DNA of 64,000 nt from Ideonella sp. (GCA_034520165.1 JAXHNT010000043.1:2423-66422), one strand, 5' to 3'. Counted from the first letter of the stretch, positions 1 to 12,867 are shown. Program-made: numbers and translations. Notes: generated from the letters alone by a model not told the origin.

Positions 1-1387
1 ACCGGTGATCTCACCGAAGACGAGATCAAGTCGGCAATTCGTCAGCGCACGATCGCCGCTGAAATTCAACCGATGTTCTGTGGTTCGGCCTTCAAGAACA
101 AGGGCGTTCAGCGCATGCTCGACGGTGTGATCGACTTCATGCCTTCGCCGGTGGACATTCCGCCTGTGCCGGGTACGGACGAGGACGACCAACCGGTGGT
201 GCGTCGTGCTGCCGATGATGAAAAATTCGCTGCCTTGGCGTTCAAGTTGATGACCGACCCGTTCGTCGGCCAGCTGACCTTCGTGCGCGTGTACTCCGGC
301 GTGCTGGCGTCTGGCGACCACCGTGTACAACCCGATTCGTGGCAAAAAAGAGCGTATCGGCCGGATCTTGCAGATGCACGCCAACCAGCGTGAAGCCATC
401 GAAGAAATTCTGGCAGGCGACATCGCGGCTTGCGTGGGCCTGAAGGAAGTGACCACGGGCGAAACCCTGTGCGATCCGGATGCCGTGATCACCTTGGAAA
501 AGATGGTCTTCCCTGAGCCTGTGATTTCGCAGGCCGTGGAGCCCAAGACCAAGGCCGACCAAGAAAAGATGGGCTTGGCACTGGGCCGTTTGGCTGCAGA
601 AGATCCTTCTTTCCGCGTCAAGACCGATGAAGAATCGGGTCAGACCATCATTTCCGGTATGGGCGAATTGCACCTGGAAATTATTGTCGACCGCATGAAG
701 CGTGAATTCGGCGTCGAAGCCAACGTGGGCAAGCCTCAAGTGGCTTACCGCGAGACCATTCGCAAGAAGGTCGCCGATGTCGAAGGCAAGTTCGTGCGTC
801 AGTCGGGTGGTAAGGGCCAGTACGGTCACGTGGTGTTCACGGTCGAGCCGCAAGAACCCGGCAAGGGCTTTGAATTCGTCGATGCCATCAAGGGCGGTGT
901 GGTTCCTCGTGAATTCATTCCTGCTGTTGAAAAGGGTGTGATCGACTCTCTGCCGAACGGCGTGCTGGCGGGCTACCCCGTGGTGGACGTGAAGGTCACG
1001 CTGACCTTCGGCTCCTACCACGATGTGGACTCGAACGAAAACGCCTTCAAGATGGCGGCCTCGTTTGGTTTCAAGGACGGCTGCCGCAAGGCCAGCCCGG
1101 TGATCCTTGAGCCGATGATGGCCGTGGAAGTTGAGACCCCTGAAGACTACGCCGGCTCGGTCATGGGCGATCTGTCCAGCCGTCGCGGCATGGTGCAGGG
1201 TATGGACGATATGGTCGGTGGCGGCAAGGTCATTAAGGCTGAGGTGCCGCTGTCTGAGATGTTCGGCTACTCGACCACCCTGCGTTCGATGTCGCAAGGC
1301 CGTGCCACGTACACCATGGAGTTCAAGCACTACAGCGAAGCTCCTAAGAACGTGGCGGACGCGATCATTACTGCGCGCGGCAAATAA
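1..1387 (+). CDS. fusA: Elongation factor G, 5'-truncated by the window edge; apparent +1 frameshift near 318-320
   Basis: Frame 1 gives [11 protein letters not shown]...[20 protein letters not shown]. Frame 2 continues [20 protein letters not shown]...[10 protein letters not shown]...[13 protein letters not shown]. There is one extra C in GGCGACCACCGTGTAC. Confidence 0.97.
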
Positions 1388-1479
1388 GCCCACCCCCTAC
1401 GTCCTGACGGCCGCCCCCTCAAGGGGGCTCCGCTGTCTGCCCGGCAAAGCCGTGCAGCAGCCCCCACCAGGTTAGGGGG
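1388..1479 (+). repeat. Multi-hairpin palindromic repeat, copy 1 (type A), fusA-tuf spacer
   Basis: GCCCACCCCCTAC (identical to 17863-17875), a short hairpin, GCCCCC-TCAA-GGGGGC (1413-1428), a stem around CCCGGCAAAGCCG, and a closing CCCCCTA/TAGGGGG (1393-1399/1473-1479). Confidence 0.85.
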
Positions 1480-1594
1480 AGTGTTTCGATGGTCTTCAGC
1501 GCCTCGCACAACGAGGTTGGCTTGCTGCCCGTGGCAGCCAAGGCTGGAGACGTTAAACCAACACGGGCAACTGTTCTTTCTCTAGGAGTTTGAA

Positions 1595-2785
<1,191 letters not shown>

Positions 2786-2796
2786 GGGCAGACATC

Positions 2797-3108
2797 ATGT
2801 CCAAGCAAAAGATCCGCATCCGCCTGAAGGCTTTCGATTACAAGCTGATCGACCAGTCCGCTCTGGAAATTGTTGAGACGGCCAAGCGCACTGGTGCCAT
2901 CGTCAGAGGCCCTGTGCCCCTGCCGACCCGCATGCAGCGTTTTGACATCCTGCGTTCGCCGCACGTCAACAAAACCTCGCGTGACCAGTTCGAAATCCGC
3001 ACGCACCAGCGTCTGATGGACATCGTGGACCCAACCGACAAAACGGTTGACGCCCTGATGAAGTTGGACCTGCCGGCGGGTGTCGACGTGGAGATCAAGC
3101 TCCAGTAA
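2797..3108 (+). CDS. rpsJ: 30S ribosomal protein S10
   Basis: [10 protein letters not shown]...GPVPLPT...[18 protein letters not shown]. Confidence 0.99.
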   Translation: MSKQKIRIRLKAFDYKLIDQSALEIVETAKRTGAIVRGPVPLPTRMQRFDILRSPHVNKTSRDQFEIRTHQRLMDIVDPTDKTVDALMKLDLPAGVDVEIKLQ

Positions 3109-3128
3109 TGACCTGAAGCTGGAGGTGC

Positions 3129-3158
3129 TTGCGCATTCCCCGGCTTCCGGCATATACT
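3129..3158 (+). promoter_or_regulatory. Putative sigma70 promoter for the rplC-rpsQ transcript
   Basis: TTGCGC (3129-3134), 18 nt spacer, TATACT (3153-3158), in the 256-nt rpsJ-rplC gap. Confidence 0.6.
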
Positions 3159-3172
3159 CGTAAGCTTTTGCG

Positions 3173-3208
3173 ACATTTGGGTGGCCCTGTCATGGGTCGC
3201 CCAAATGT
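3173..3208 (+). promoter_or_regulatory. 15-bp RNA hairpin in the rplC leader
   Basis: ACATTTGGGTGGCCC-TGTCAT-GGGTCGCCCAAATGT, with two G-U pairs. Confidence 0.55.
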
Positions 3209-3364
3209 TTTGCAGGGTGGGTTTTCCACTGTGCCGCAAGCCGTATCGCAGATAGGTTGAAGTTTGACCTGCTGCGATGCATTAGTCAGTTCGGCCAATC
3301 GATGTCGAACTTGTAAAACCCAGCCTCAGAAAGCCCGTGTGGCCGAAAGGGGCGGAGAAGAACC

Positions 3365-4036
3365 ATGAGTCTAAGCAATCGTCTCGGATTGCTGGGCCGC
3401 AAGGTGGGCATGATGCGCGTGTTCACAGACGACGGCGACGCCGTTCCTGTGACTGTGCTGGATGTGTCCAACAACCGCGTGACCCAGGTCAAGACCGTAG
3501 AGACCGACGGCTACAGCGCCATTCAAGTGGCGTTTGGTGCGCGCAAAGCGTCGCGCGTCACCAAGCCGGAAGCTGGCCACCTCGCGAAAGCGGGCGTCGA
3601 AGCCGGTGAAATCCTCAAAGAATTCCGCGTTGGTGCAGACGTGGCTGCTGAGTACAAGCCAGGTACGGCTGTGCCAGTAACCTTGTTTGCCGCCGGCGAA
3701 AAGGTGGACGTGCAAGGCACCTCCATCGGTAAGGGGTTCACGGGCACCATCAAGCGTCACAACTTCAGCTCGCAGCGCGCGTCGCACGGTAACAGCCGTT
3801 CGCACAACGTGCCGGGTTCGATCTCGATGGCGCAGGATCCGGGCCGCGTGTTCCCCGGCAAGAAGATGTCAGGGCATCGCGGTGACGTCACCGTGACCAC
3901 CCAAAATCTGGACATCGTTCGCATTGACGAAGCCCGCCAGCTCTTGCTGGTGCGCGGCGCTGTGCCCGGCTCCAAGAACGGTTTCGTGACCGTGCGCCCC
4001 GCCGTCAAGGCCAAGGCCAAGAAGGGAGCCAACTGA
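3365..4036 (+). CDS. rplC: 50S ribosomal protein L3
   Basis: [38 protein letters not shown]; operon position. Confidence 0.99.
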   Translation: MSLSNRLGLLGRKVGMMRVFTDDGDAVPVTVLDVSNNRVTQVKTVETDGYSAIQVAFGARKASRVTKPEAGHLAKAGVEAGEILKEFRVGADVAAEYKPGTAVPVTLFAAGEKVDVQGTSIGKGFTGTIKRHNFSSQRASHGNSRSHNVPGSISMAQDPGRVFPGKKMSGHRGDVTVTTQNLDIVRIDEARQLLLVRGAVPGSKNGFVTVRPAVKAKAKKGAN

Positions 4037-4656
4037 TGCAACTCGAGCTCCTGAACGAACAAGGTCAAGCCACCGCCAAGGTGGATGCTCCTGATGCCGT
4101 TTTTGCGCGTGATTACAACGAAGCCCTGGTTCACCAGATCGTTGTGGCCTACCAAGCGAACGCTCGTCAAGGCACCCGCAAGCAACTGACTCGCGCTGAA
4201 GTTCATCACTCCACGAAGAAGCCGTTTCGCCAAAAGGGCACCGGTCGCGCTCGTGCGGGTATGACCTCGTCACCGCTGTGGCGTGGGGGTGGTCGCACCT
4301 TCCCGAACAGCCCGGACGAGAACTTCTCGCACAAGGTCAACAAGAAGATGTACCGCGCCGGCATGGCTGCCATCCTCTCCCAGCTGGCCCGTGATGGCCG
4401 CCTGGCGGTGGTGGACTCGCTGACCGTGGAAGCGCCGAAGACCAAGCTGTTGGCATCGAAGTTCAAGGCCATGGGCCTGCAGTCGGTCTTGGTGATCTCC
4501 GATATCGTGGACGACAACCTCGCACTAGCGTCGCGCAACCTGCCTAACGTGCTCGTCGTTGAGCCGCGTTATGCTGATCCGCTGTCGCTGGTCTTCTACA
4601 AGAAGGTGCTGGTGACCAAGGCGGCCATCGAGCAGCTCAAGGAGATGTACGCATGA
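4036..4656 (+). CDS. rplD: 50S ribosomal protein L4
   Basis: RQGT...[14 protein letters not shown]...WRGGG. Confidence 0.99.
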   Translation: MQLELLNEQGQATAKVDAPDAVFARDYNEALVHQIVVAYQANARQGTRKQLTRAEVHHSTKKPFRQKGTGRARAGMTSSPLWRGGGRTFPNSPDENFSHKVNKKMYRAGMAAILSQLARDGRLAVVDSLTVEAPKTKLLASKFKAMGLQSVLVISDIVDDNLALASRNLPNVLVVEPRYADPLSLVFYKKVLVTKAAIEQLKEMYA

Positions 4657-4964
4657 GCGCCGCATTCAAAGAGGGCCGTCTGGCTCAAGTGCTGGTGGCA
4701 CCGGTGATCTCCGAAAAGGCCACTCAAGTCGCTGAAAAGCAGAACCAAGTTCTGTTCAAGGTCTTGCGTGACGCCACCAAGCCCGAAATCAAGGCCGCTG
4801 TTGAACTGATGTTCAAGGTCGAGGTGGAAGCTGTCAACGTCGTGAACGTCAAGGGCAAGGTCAAGCGCTTCGGTCGCTCGATCGGCCGTCGTGACCACGT
4901 CAAGAAGGCCTATGTCTCGCTGAAGGCGGGCCAGGAGCTGAACTTCTCCGGGGAGGCCGCGTAA
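4653..4964 (+). CDS. rplW: 50S ribosomal protein L23
   Basis: PVISEKA...[11 protein letters not shown]...KKAYVSL. Confidence 0.99.
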   Translation: MSAAFKEGRLAQVLVAPVISEKATQVAEKQNQVLFKVLRDATKPEIKAAVELMFKVEVEAVNVVNVKGKVKRFGRSIGRRDHVKKAYVSLKAGQELNFSGEAA

Positions 4965-4967
4965 ATC

Positions 4968-5792
4968 ATGGCAGTCGTCAAAGTCAAACCAACCTCGCCG
5001 GGCCGCCGTGCCGTGGTGAAGGTGGTGCACAAGCACCTGCACAAGGGCGCCCCAGAAGCTTCGCTGCTGGAACCCCAGAAGCAAAACTCCGGCCGTAACA
5101 ACAACGGTCACATCACTGTTCGGCACAAGGGCGGTGGGCATAAGCACCACTACCGTGTTGTCGACTTCAAGCGCAACAAGGACGGCATTCCCGCGAAGGT
5201 TGAGCGCATTGAGTACGACCCCAACCGCACGGCTCACATCGCTCTGGTGTGCTATGCCGACGGTGAGCGTCGCTACATCATCGCGCCGCGCGGTCTGGAA
5301 GTTGGTGCCACCATCTTGAGCGGCTCGGAAGCGCCGATCAAGGCGGGTAACACTCTGCCGATCCGCAACATCCCTGTCGGCTCAACCATCCACTGCGTGG
5401 AAATGATGCCCAGCAAGGGTGCACAGATCGCTCGCTCTGCGGGTACATCGGTCACGCTGATGGCGCGCGAAGGCACCTATGCGCAGATTCGTCTGCGTTC
5501 GGGTGAAGTGCGCAAGATCCACATCGAATGCCGCGCCACCATTGGTGAAGTGAGCAACGAAGAGCACAACTTGCGTCAGTACGGCAAGGCCGGTGCCATC
5601 CGCTGGAAGGGCATTCGCCCAACCGTGCGTGGTACCGCCATGAACCCGGTCGACCACCCGCACGGTGGTGGCGAGGGTCGTACCGGCGAAGGCCAGGCTC
5701 CCGTGTCGCCGTGGAACACCCTGACCAAGGGCTACCGCACTCGCAACAACAAGCGCACGCAGACGTTCATCGTTTCGCGTCGCAAGAAGTAA
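4968..5792 (+). CDS. rplB: 50S ribosomal protein L2
   Basis: [26 protein letters not shown]. Confidence 0.99.
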   Translation: MAVVKVKPTSPGRRAVVKVVHKHLHKGAPEASLLEPQKQNSGRNNNGHITVRHKGGGHKHHYRVVDFKRNKDGIPAKVERIEYDPNRTAHIALVCYADGERRYIIAPRGLEVGATILSGSEAPIKAGNTLPIRNIPVGSTIHCVEMMPSKGAQIARSAGTSVTLMAREGTYAQIRLRSGEVRKIHIECRATIGEVSNEEHNLRQYGKAGAIRWKGIRPTVRGTAMNPVDHPHGGGEGRTGEGQAPVSPWNTLTKGYRTRNNKRTQTFIVSRRKK

Positions 5793-5802
5793 GGGCTGGA
5801 CC

Positions 5803-6078
5803 ATGGCACGTTCACTCAAAAAGGGTCCCTTTGTGGATCACCACCTTCTGGCCAAGGCTGAAAAGGCCGTCGCCACGAAGGACAAGAAGCCGATCAAGAC
5901 CTGGTCGCGCCGCTCTACCATTCTTCCCGACTTCATCGGCCTCACTATTGCTGTGCACAACGGCAAGCAGCACGTGCCGGTGTATGTGTCTGACCAAATG
6001 GTCGGCCACAAGCTCGGCGAGTTCGCACTGACCCGTACGTTCAAGGGTCACCCCGCGGACAAGAAGGCCAAGAAGTAA
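5803..6078 (+). CDS. rpsS: 30S ribosomal protein S19
   Basis: [28 protein letters not shown]. Confidence 0.99.
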   Translation: MARSLKKGPFVDHHLLAKAEKAVATKDKKPIKTWSRRSTILPDFIGLTIAVHNGKQHVPVYVSDQMVGHKLGEFALTRTFKGHPADKKAKK

Positions 6079-6090
6079 AAGGACACGACG

Positions 6091-6420
6091 ATGGAAACCA
6101 AAGCAATCGTCCGTGGCGTTCGCCTCTCCGTGGATAAGGGCCGCCTCGTGGCAGACCTGATCCGCGGCAAGAAGGTCGACCAGGCGCTGAACATCCTGGC
6201 CTTCACCCAAAAGAAGGCCGCCGGCATCGTTAAGAAGGCGCTCGAGAGCGCCATCGCCAACGCCGAGCACAATGATGGCGCAGACATCGATGACCTGAAG
6301 GTCACCTCGATCTACGTCGAGCAAGGCACCACGCTGAAACGTTTCTCGGCCCGCGCAAAGGGCCGTGGTAACCGCATCAGCAAGGGTACCTGCCACATCT
6401 ATGTGACCGTCGGGAACTAA
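6091..6420 (+). CDS. rplV: 50S ribosomal protein L22
   Basis: [28 protein letters not shown]. Confidence 0.99.
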   Translation: METKAIVRGVRLSVDKGRLVADLIRGKKVDQALNILAFTQKKAAGIVKKALESAIANAEHNDGADIDDLKVTSIYVEQGTTLKRFSARAKGRGNRISKGTCHIYVTVGN

Positions 6421-6428
6421 GGAAGACC

Positions 6429-7290
6429 ATGGGACAAAAAATCCATCCAACCGGCTTCCGCCTGCCCGTCACCCGTGCATGGGCGTCGCGCTGGTACGCA
6501 AGCAACAAGAACTTCGCCGGCATGCTGGCCGAAGATCTTGATGTGCGCGAGTACCTCAAGGCCAAGCTGAAGAATGCCGCTGTCTCGCGCATCCTGATCG
6601 AGCGTCCCGCCAAGAACGCCCGCATCACCATTTACTCGGCTCGTCCGGGCGTGGTGATCGGCAAGAAGGGCGAAGACATCGAAAACCTGAAGGCCGAACT
6701 GACCAAGCGTCTGGGCGTGCCGGTGGCCGTGAACATCGAAGAAGTGCGCAAGCCTGAAATCGACGCTCAGCTGATCGCCGATTCGATCACCCAGCAGCTG
6801 GAAAAGCGCATCATGTTCCGCCGCGCCATGAAGCGTGCGATGCAGAACGCCATGCGTTTGGGTGCTCAGGGCATCAAGATCATGTCGTCGGGCCGTCTGA
6901 ACGGTATCGAAATCGCTCGTACCGAGTGGTATCGCGAAGGCCGCGTGCCCCTTCACACCCTGAAGGCCGACATCGACTATGGCTTCTCTGAAGCCAAGAC
7001 GACCTACGGCGTGATCGGTGTGAAGGTGTGGGTCTACCGTGGTGATCGCTTGGCCAATGGCGACGCTCCGGTGATCAACACGCCCGCTGGTGCTGAAGAT
7101 GACCGCCGTCCGCGTCGCAACGCCCGTCCTGGTGCCCCGGCTGGCCGTGGCCGCCCGGGTGCTGATCGTGGCGCTCGCGCCGGTGCAGACTGACGCCGCT
7201 GCCCCGGCCGCCGCCGGTCCGGCGGGCTCGCCAGCAGCCAAGCGTGTCCGCAAGGTCGTGCCTGCCACCGGTGAAGGCAAAGGAGAATAA
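6429..7290 (+). CDS. rpsC: 30S ribosomal protein S3; apparent frameshift near 7190 in the low-complexity tail
   Basis: [27 protein letters not shown]. The frame stops at 7193, but the Ala/Pro tail ending KRVRKV...GKGE* continues in the next frame to 7290, 2 nt before rplP. Confidence 0.95.
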
Positions 7291-7292
7291 GC

Positions 7293-7709
7293 ATGCTGCA
7301 ACCAGCACGTCGTAAATACCGCAAGGAACAAAAAGGCCGTAACACCGGCGTCGCTACCCGCGGCGCTCTGGTGTCCTTCGGTGACTTTGGTCTGAAGGCA
7401 ACCGAGCGCGGTCGCCTGACGGCTCGTCAAATCGAAGCGGCTCGTCGTGCCATTTCGCGCCATATCAAGCGCGGTGGCCGCATCTTCATCCGCATCTTCC
7501 CGGATAAGCCGATCTCACAAAAGCCTGCCGAAGTCCGTATGGGTAACGGTAAAGGCAACCCGGAGTACTACGTGGCTGAAATTCAGCCAGGCAAGGTGCT
7601 CTACGAGATCAACGGCGTGCCCGAAGCGCTCGCCCGCGAAGCGTTCACGCTGGCGGCTGCCAAGTTGCCGCTGCGGTGCACCTTCGTGGCGCGCCAGATC
7701 GGCGCCTAA
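7293..7709 (+). CDS. rplP: 50S ribosomal protein L16
   Basis: [24 protein letters not shown]. Confidence 0.99.
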   Translation: MLQPARRKYRKEQKGRNTGVATRGALVSFGDFGLKATERGRLTARQIEAARRAISRHIKRGGRIFIRIFPDKPISQKPAEVRMGNGKGNPEYYVAEIQPGKVLYEINGVPEALAREAFTLAAAKLPLRCTFVARQIGA

Positions 7710-7733
7710 TCCGCGCAGACAGGAAAGCACACC

Positions 7734-7934
7734 ATGAAAGCATCTGAACTGCGAGCCAAGGACGTAGCCGCGCTGGAAAAGGAAGTCACCGACCTCCTGA
7801 AGGCGCACTTCGGCCTGCGCATGCAAAAGGGTACACAGCAGCTCGGCAACACCGCGCTGTTGGGTAACACCCGTCGCGACATCGCTCGTGCCAAGACCGT
7901 CTTGGCCGAGAAGAAGAGGGAGGCTGCGAAATGA
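7734..7934 (+). CDS. rpmC: 50S ribosomal protein L29
   Basis: MKASELR...FGLRMQ...RRDIARAKT. Confidence 0.98.
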   Translation: MKASELRAKDVAALEKEVTDLLKAHFGLRMQKGTQQLGNTALLGNTRRDIARAKTVLAEKKREAAK

Positions 7935-8206
7935 CGCAAGCTCAAGAAACCACGACCAACACACGGACGCTCGTCGGCCGCGTGGTCAGCGACAAGCGCT
8001 CCAAGACGGTCACCGTCTTGGTCGAGCGTCGCGTCAAGCATGAGCTCTACGGCAAGATCGTGGCCCGCTCGCGCAAGTACCATGCGCACGATGAAAAAGG
8101 CGAATACCACATGGGTGACACCGTGGAAATCGCCGAGTCTCGCCCCATCTCCAAGACCAAGAACTGGGTCGTGACCCGTTTGGTTGAGAAGGCCAACTTG
8201 GTCTAA
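7931..8206 (+). CDS. rpsQ: 30S ribosomal protein S17
   Basis: GRVVSDK...KYHAHDE...ESRPISKTK. Confidence 0.99.
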   Translation: MTQAQETTTNTRTLVGRVVSDKRSKTVTVLVERRVKHELYGKIVARSRKYHAHDEKGEYHMGDTVEIAESRPISKTKNWVVTRLVEKANLV

Positions 8207-8332
8207 AGCGGCAACCCTGCTTCGCACTGAGGTCTTTAGAGGCCCATGTGCAGGGCAAGGGCGTGGCAGCGATACTCGCGGCCCACCGTTTCGGATCATG
8301 TATCTGGCTGATGCCTTGAGCAGCACCAGAGC

Positions 8333-8356
8333 AGCCCGCCCTTCGGCGGGCTTTTT
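8333..8356 (+). terminator. Rho-independent terminator after the S10 cluster
   Basis: AGCCCGCC-CTTC-GGCGGGCT followed by TTTT. Confidence 0.8.
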
Positions 8357-8375
8357 CATTCTAGGAGACCTATTC

Positions 8376-8896
8376 ATGTTGAAAGTCGGCGACAAGCTTC
8401 CCGCAGGATCCTTGCAAGAGTTCATCGAAGTCGAGGGTGAAGGCTGCAGCCTCGGCCCCAATAGCTTCGACATTGAGACCGCAACTCGCGGCAAGACCCT
8501 GGCGATCTTTGCGCTCCCGGGCGCTTACACACCCACCTGCTCTGCTCAGCATGTGCCTGGCTATGTGGCACAAGCCGATGCACTGCGCGCCGCCGGTGTT
8601 GACGAAGTATGGTGTGTGTCCGTCAACGACGCATTCGTGATGGGCGCTTGGGGCCGCGATCAGAAGACTGCCGGCAAAGTCCGCATGATGGCGGATGGCT
8701 CCGCAGCCTTCACGCAGGCCACCGATCTAACGCTAGACCTCATTGCGCGTGGCATGGGTGTTCGCTCACAGCGCTACTCGATGCTGGTGGTAGACGGCGT
8801 CGTCAAAACGCTGAACATCGAGGCTCCTGGAAAGTTCCAAGTCAGCAACGCTCAGGCGATGCCGCCACCATGTTGGCGCAAGCGCAGGGCCGTTGA
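8376..8896 (+). CDS. Peroxiredoxin, PRX5/Redoxin family; frame anomaly near 8847-8857
   Basis: AGGAG RBS; LPGAYTPTCSAQHVPGY, VSVNDAFVMGAW, RSQRYSMLV. The expected end (DAATMLAQAQGR*) lies in another frame. Confidence 0.9.
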
Positions 8897-8924
8897 TCCA
8901 CACCGAAGAAAATGCAAAAAGGTG

Positions 8925-8954
8925 TTGACATGGCGTTGGCGCCTCACGCATAAT
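8925..8954 (+). promoter_or_regulatory. Sigma70 promoter of the spc operon
   Basis: TTGACA (8925-8930), 18 nt spacer, CATAAT (8949-8954), about 210 nt upstream of rplN. Confidence 0.75.
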
Positions 8955-9164
8955 CGAGAGCTTCGCTGGTGAGGCGTGCTCTTCAGCTAATTCGGACGTC
9001 CCATAGAGGGTGCACCGAAGGAGTTTGAAAGTATTGCTCACTGGTTTCAGCCCAAGCGGCTTTGCCGGCTTCACACGAAGCAGGCAAAGCAAGACGGGCC
9101 CAATACTGACCGCTTATGTGCAGCCGTTGTGGTTGTTCGCTGCGGGCCAAGTTGGGGATAAGAC

Positions 9165-9533
9165 ATGATCCAAATGCAATCGCGACTCGACGTCGCGGAC
9201 AACACTGGCGCGAAGTCTGTCATGTGCATCAAGGTGCTGGGCGGCTCCAAGCGTCGCTACGCCGGCATCGGTGACGTGATCAAGGTCAGCATCAAAGAGG
9301 CTGCTCCGCGCGGTCGCGTCAAAAAAGGCGAGATCTACAACGCTGTGGTCGTGCGTACCGCCAAGGGCGTTCGTCGTCAAGATGGCTCGCTCGTCAAATT
9401 TGATGGCAACGCTGCAGTGCTGCTGAACGCAAAGCTCGAGCCCATCGGCACCCGTATCTTTGGCCCCGTGACGCGTGAACTGCGTTCCGAGCGCTTCATG
9501 AAGATCGTGTCGCTGGCGCCTGAGGTGCTTTGA
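9165..9533 (+). CDS. rplN: 50S ribosomal protein L14
   Basis: [28 protein letters not shown]. Confidence 0.99.
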   Translation: MIQMQSRLDVADNTGAKSVMCIKVLGGSKRRYAGIGDVIKVSIKEAAPRGRVKKGEIYNAVVVRTAKGVRRQDGSLVKFDGNAAVLLNAKLEPIGTRIFGPVTRELRSERFMKIVSLAPEVL

Positions 9534-9560
9534 TCGTCCGCCACGAGTAAAGGAAACGCG

Positions 9561-9878
9561 ATGAACAAGATTCGCAAGGGCGACCAAGTTGTCGTCCTGA
9601 CTGGCCGAGACAAAGGCAAGCGTGGCACAGTGTCGCTGCGCGTTGATGCTGACCACGTGGTGGTCGATGGCATCAATATGGTCAAAAAGCACGTCAAGCC
9701 CAACCCGATGAAGGGTACGACTGGCGGCGTGATCGACAAGACCATGCCGATCAACCAGTCCAATGTGGCCATCTGGAACGCAGCAGCTGGCAAGGCTGAC
9801 CGCGTGGGCATCAAGACACAAGCCGATGGCAAGCGTGTCCGCGTGTTCAAGTCCAGCGGCGAAGAGATCAAGGCCTGA
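9561..9878 (+). CDS. rplX: 50S ribosomal protein L24
   Basis: KOW motif [19 protein letters not shown]. Confidence 0.99.
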   Translation: MNKIRKGDQVVVLTGRDKGKRGTVSLRVDADHVVVDGINMVKKHVKPNPMKGTTGGVIDKTMPINQSNVAIWNAAAGKADRVGIKTQADGKRVRVFKSSGEEIKA

Positions 9879-9889
9879 GGAGCGCGAGC

Positions 9890-10456
9890 ATGAGTCAAAA
9901 GCAACAAGCCGCGATCGTGGCCCGTCTGCAGGCCTATTACCAGGAGAAGGTCGTCCCCGACATGGTCGCCAAGTTTGGCTACAAGTCGGTGATGGAAGTC
10001 CCTCGCCTGACCAAGATCACCTTGAACATGGGCGTCAGCGAAGCTGTCGCCGACAAGAAGGTCATGGATCACGCCGTGAGCGACCTGACCAAGATCGCTG
10101 GTCAAAAACCTGTGGTGACCAAGTCCCGCAAGGCTATCGCTGGATTCAAGATCCGCGACAGCGTGCCTATCGGTTGCATGGTCACCCTGCGTGGTGCTCG
10201 CATGTTCGAATTCCTGGATCGTTTCGTCACCGTGGCGCTGCCCCGCGTGCGTGACTTCCGTGGTATCTCTGGTCGTTCTTTCGATGGCCGTGGTAACTAC
10301 AACATCGGCGTCAAGGAACAGATCATTTTCCCGGAAATCGAGTACGACAAGATCGACGCGATCCGCGGTATGAACATTTCCTTCACGACCACTGCGAAGA
10401 CCGACGACGAGTGCAAAGCACTGCTCGCCGCGTTCCGCTTCCCGTTCAAGAACTGA
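9890..10456 (+). CDS. rplE: 50S ribosomal protein L5
   Basis: [32 protein letters not shown]. Confidence 0.99.
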   Translation: MSQKQQAAIVARLQAYYQEKVVPDMVAKFGYKSVMEVPRLTKITLNMGVSEAVADKKVMDHAVSDLTKIAGQKPVVTKSRKAIAGFKIRDSVPIGCMVTLRGARMFEFLDRFVTVALPRVRDFRGISGRSFDGRGNYNIGVKEQIIFPEIEYDKIDAIRGMNISFTTTAKTDDECKALLAAFRFPFKN

Positions 10457-10464
10457 GGTGACCT

Positions 10465-10770
10465 GTGGCAAAACTCTCCCTCAAGCAGCGTGAAGACAAG
10501 CGTGAAAAGCTGGTCGCCAAGTACGCAAAGAAGTATGCCGAGCTGAAGGCCATCATTGACAACGCCAAGAAGTCCGATGAAGAGCGTTATGCTGCTCGCC
10601 TTGAGCTGCAGAAGCTGCCCCGCAACGCCTACCCGACACGTCTGCGCAACCGTTGCGCGTTGACGGGTCGTCCCCGCGGCACGTTCCGCAAGTTCGGCTT
10701 GGGCCGTAGCAAGATCCGCGATCTCGCCTTCAAGGGTGACATCCCCGGCGTGATCAAGGCCAGCTGGTAA
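10465..10770 (+). CDS. rpsN: 30S ribosomal protein S14 (long, zinc-independent form)
   Basis: [12 protein letters not shown]...[11 protein letters not shown]; GTG start; 101 aa. Confidence 0.98.
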   Translation: MAKLSLKQREDKREKLVAKYAKKYAELKAIIDNAKKSDEERYAARLELQKLPRNAYPTRLRNRCALTGRPRGTFRKFGLGRSKIRDLAFKGDIPGVIKASW

Positions 10771-10792
10771 TCGAGGCGATAAGGAGAATACT

Positions 10793-11190
10793 ATGAGCAT
10801 GAGTGATCCTATCGCCGACATGCTGACCCGCATTCGCAACGCCCAGAGCTGTTGAGAAGGTCGTCGGTGACCATGCCGTCCTCGAAGATGAAGGTGGCCA
10901 TCGCGCAGGTGCTGAAGGACGAGGGCTATATCGACGCCTTCACCGTTCGCACCGAGGGTGGCAAGAGCGAACTTGAGATTTCGCTGAAGTACTACGCTGG
11001 TCGTCCGGTGATCGAGCGCATTGAGCGTGTGAGCCGTCCTGGCTTGCGCATCTACCGGGGCCGTGACGCGATCCCGCAGGTCATGAACGGCCTGGGTGTG
11101 GCGATCGTCACCACGCCGCAAGGCGTGATGACCGACCGCAAAGCGCGCGCAGCCGGTGTCGGCGGCGAAGTGCTCTGCTACGTCGCCTAA
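10793..11190 (+). CDS. rpsH: 30S ribosomal protein S8; apparent frameshift(s) at about 10849-10861
   Basis: [18 protein letters not shown] after an AAGGAG RBS. The rest (MPSSKMK...SRPGLRIY...GGEVLCYVA) is in another frame. The span is 398 nt, 2 more than a 131-aa gene. Confidence 0.95.
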
Positions 11191-11209
11191 GCGGGAAGGA
11201 GTCGAGCAC

Positions 11210-11744
11210 ATGTCCCGCGTTGGAAAAATGCCGATCACCGTCCCGCAAGGCGTGGACGTGAAGATCGCCGATGACCAGATCACCGTCAAGGGCGCCAATG
11301 GCACCCTGGTGCGTGCGGCGAATGCCCTGGTCACGGTGAAGAACGAAGCCGGCTCGCTGCAGGTGGCTCCGGCCAATGACTCCGCCGAAGCGAATGCGAT
11401 GAGCGGCACCATGCGCGCCCTGCTGGCCAATATGGTCAACGGCGTGAGCAAGGGCTTCGAAAAGAAGCTGACCCTGGTCGGCGTGGGCTTCCGCGCCCAG
11501 GCCCAGGGCCAGAAGCTGAACCTGCAGATCGGGTTCTCGCACCCGGTGGTCAAGGACATGCCGGCTGGCATCACCGTGGCCACGGCCGACCCAGACCGAA
11601 ATCCTGATCAAGGGTGCGGACCGCCAAGTGGTGGGCCAGCTGGCCGCTGAAGTGCGCGCCTTCCGTCCGCCCGAGCCCTACAAGGGCAAGGGCATCCGCT
11701 ACGCCGACGAGCGCGTGGTCCTCAAAGAGACCAAGAAGAAGTAA
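11210..11744 (+). CDS. rplF: 50S ribosomal protein L6; apparent +1 frameshift near 11584
   Basis: MSRVGKMPI...GFSHPV, then [10 protein letters not shown]...[13 protein letters not shown]...KETKKK* in the next frame. The span is 535 nt, 1 more than a 177-aa gene. Confidence 0.95.
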
Positions 11745-11755
11745 GGAGCGACACC

Positions 11756-12115
11756 ATGCTGACAAAGAAAGAACAGCGTCTGCGTCGTGCGCGTCAAACG
11801 CGTGCTCGCATCGCGATGCAAGGCGTCGCCCGCCTGACCGTCTTCCGCTCCAACCTGCACATCTACGCCAGCGTCATCTCCGACGATGGCCTGAAGGTGG
11901 TGGCAGCCGCTTCGACCGCCGAGAAGGCCGTTCGCGAGCAACTGTCGGGCAATGGCGGCAACGCCGCCGCTGCCGCCCTGGTGGGCAAGCGCATCGCCGA
12001 AAAGGCCAAGGCTGCTGGCGTCGAGAAGGTTGCCTTCGACCGCGCTGGTTTCGCCTACCACGGCCGCGTCAAGGCGCTGGCCGAGGCTGCTCGCGAAGCT
12101 GGTCTGCAGTTCTGA
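11756..12115 (+). CDS. rplR: 50S ribosomal protein L18
   Basis: [39 protein letters not shown]. Confidence 0.99.
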   Translation: MLTKKEQRLRRARQTRARIAMQGVARLTVFRSNLHIYASVISDDGLKVVAAASTAEKAVREQLSGNGGNAAAAALVGKRIAEKAKAAGVEKVAFDRAGFAYHGRVKALAEAAREAGLQF

Positions 12116-12139
12116 GCGGCCGGATAAGGAATACTTAAA

Positions 12140-12658
12140 ATGGCAAAGTTTCAACCCCGCGCCCAGACTGAAGGCAACGACGACGGCCTGAAAGAGAAGA
12201 TGATCGCGGTCAACCGCGTCACCAAGGTTGTGAAGGGTGGCCGTACCCTCAGCTTCGCAGCGCTGACCGTGGTTGGCGACGGCGACGGCCGTGTCGGCAT
12301 GGGCAAGGGCAAGGCCAAGGAAGTGCCGGTGTCGGTGCAGAAGGCCATGGAATCGGCTCGCCGCAACCTGTTCAAGGTCTGCCTGAAGAACGGCACCATT
12401 CACCACAAGGTGGAAGGTGAGCACGGCGCAGCCCGCGTGCTGATGATGCCCGCACCAGCTGGTACCGGCATCATTGCTGGCGGCCCGATGCGCGCCGTGT
12501 TTGAAGTGCTGGGCATCACCGACATCGTGGCCAAGAGCCATGGTTCATCCAATGCTTACAACATGGTTCGCGCCACGTTGGACGCTCTGAAGAACCTGTC
12601 GACTCCCGCCGAAGTCGCCGCCAAGCGCGGCAAGACAGTTGAAGACATCTTCAACTGA
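12140..12658 (+). CDS. rpsE: 30S ribosomal protein S5
   Basis: [26 protein letters not shown]. Confidence 0.99.
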   Translation: MAKFQPRAQTEGNDDGLKEKMIAVNRVTKVVKGGRTLSFAALTVVGDGDGRVGMGKGKAKEVPVSVQKAMESARRNLFKVCLKNGTIHHKVEGEHGAARVLMMPAPAGTGIIAGGPMRAVFEVLGITDIVAKSHGSSNAYNMVRATLDALKNLSTPAEVAAKRGKTVEDIFN

Positions 12659-12681
12659 TCCGCGCCCTAGGAGAAGACCAA

Positions 12682-12867
12682 ATGACTGAAGCCAAAAAGA
12701 CCCTGACGGTCAAGCTGGTGAAAAGCCCGATCGGCTGCAAAACGTCGCATCGCGACACCGTGCGCGGCCTGGGCCTGCGTCGCCTCAACAGCCAGCGCGT
12801 GTTGGAAGACACGCCTTCTGTGCGCGGCATGATCAACAAGGTGGCTTACCTGGTTCAGGTGCTGTAA
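12682..12867 (+). CDS. rpmD: 50S ribosomal protein L30
   Basis: KSPIG...GLGLRR...[12 protein letters not shown]. Confidence 0.98.
   Translation: MTEAKKTLTVKLVKSPIGCKTSHRDTVRGLGLRRLNSQRVLEDTPSVRGMINKVAYLVQVL

Noticed and set aside
9053-9071. CGGCTTTGCCGG, the reverse complement of the type A loop core, in the spc leader
   Set aside because: It is only a 12-nt self-complementary match, and none of the other modules is present.
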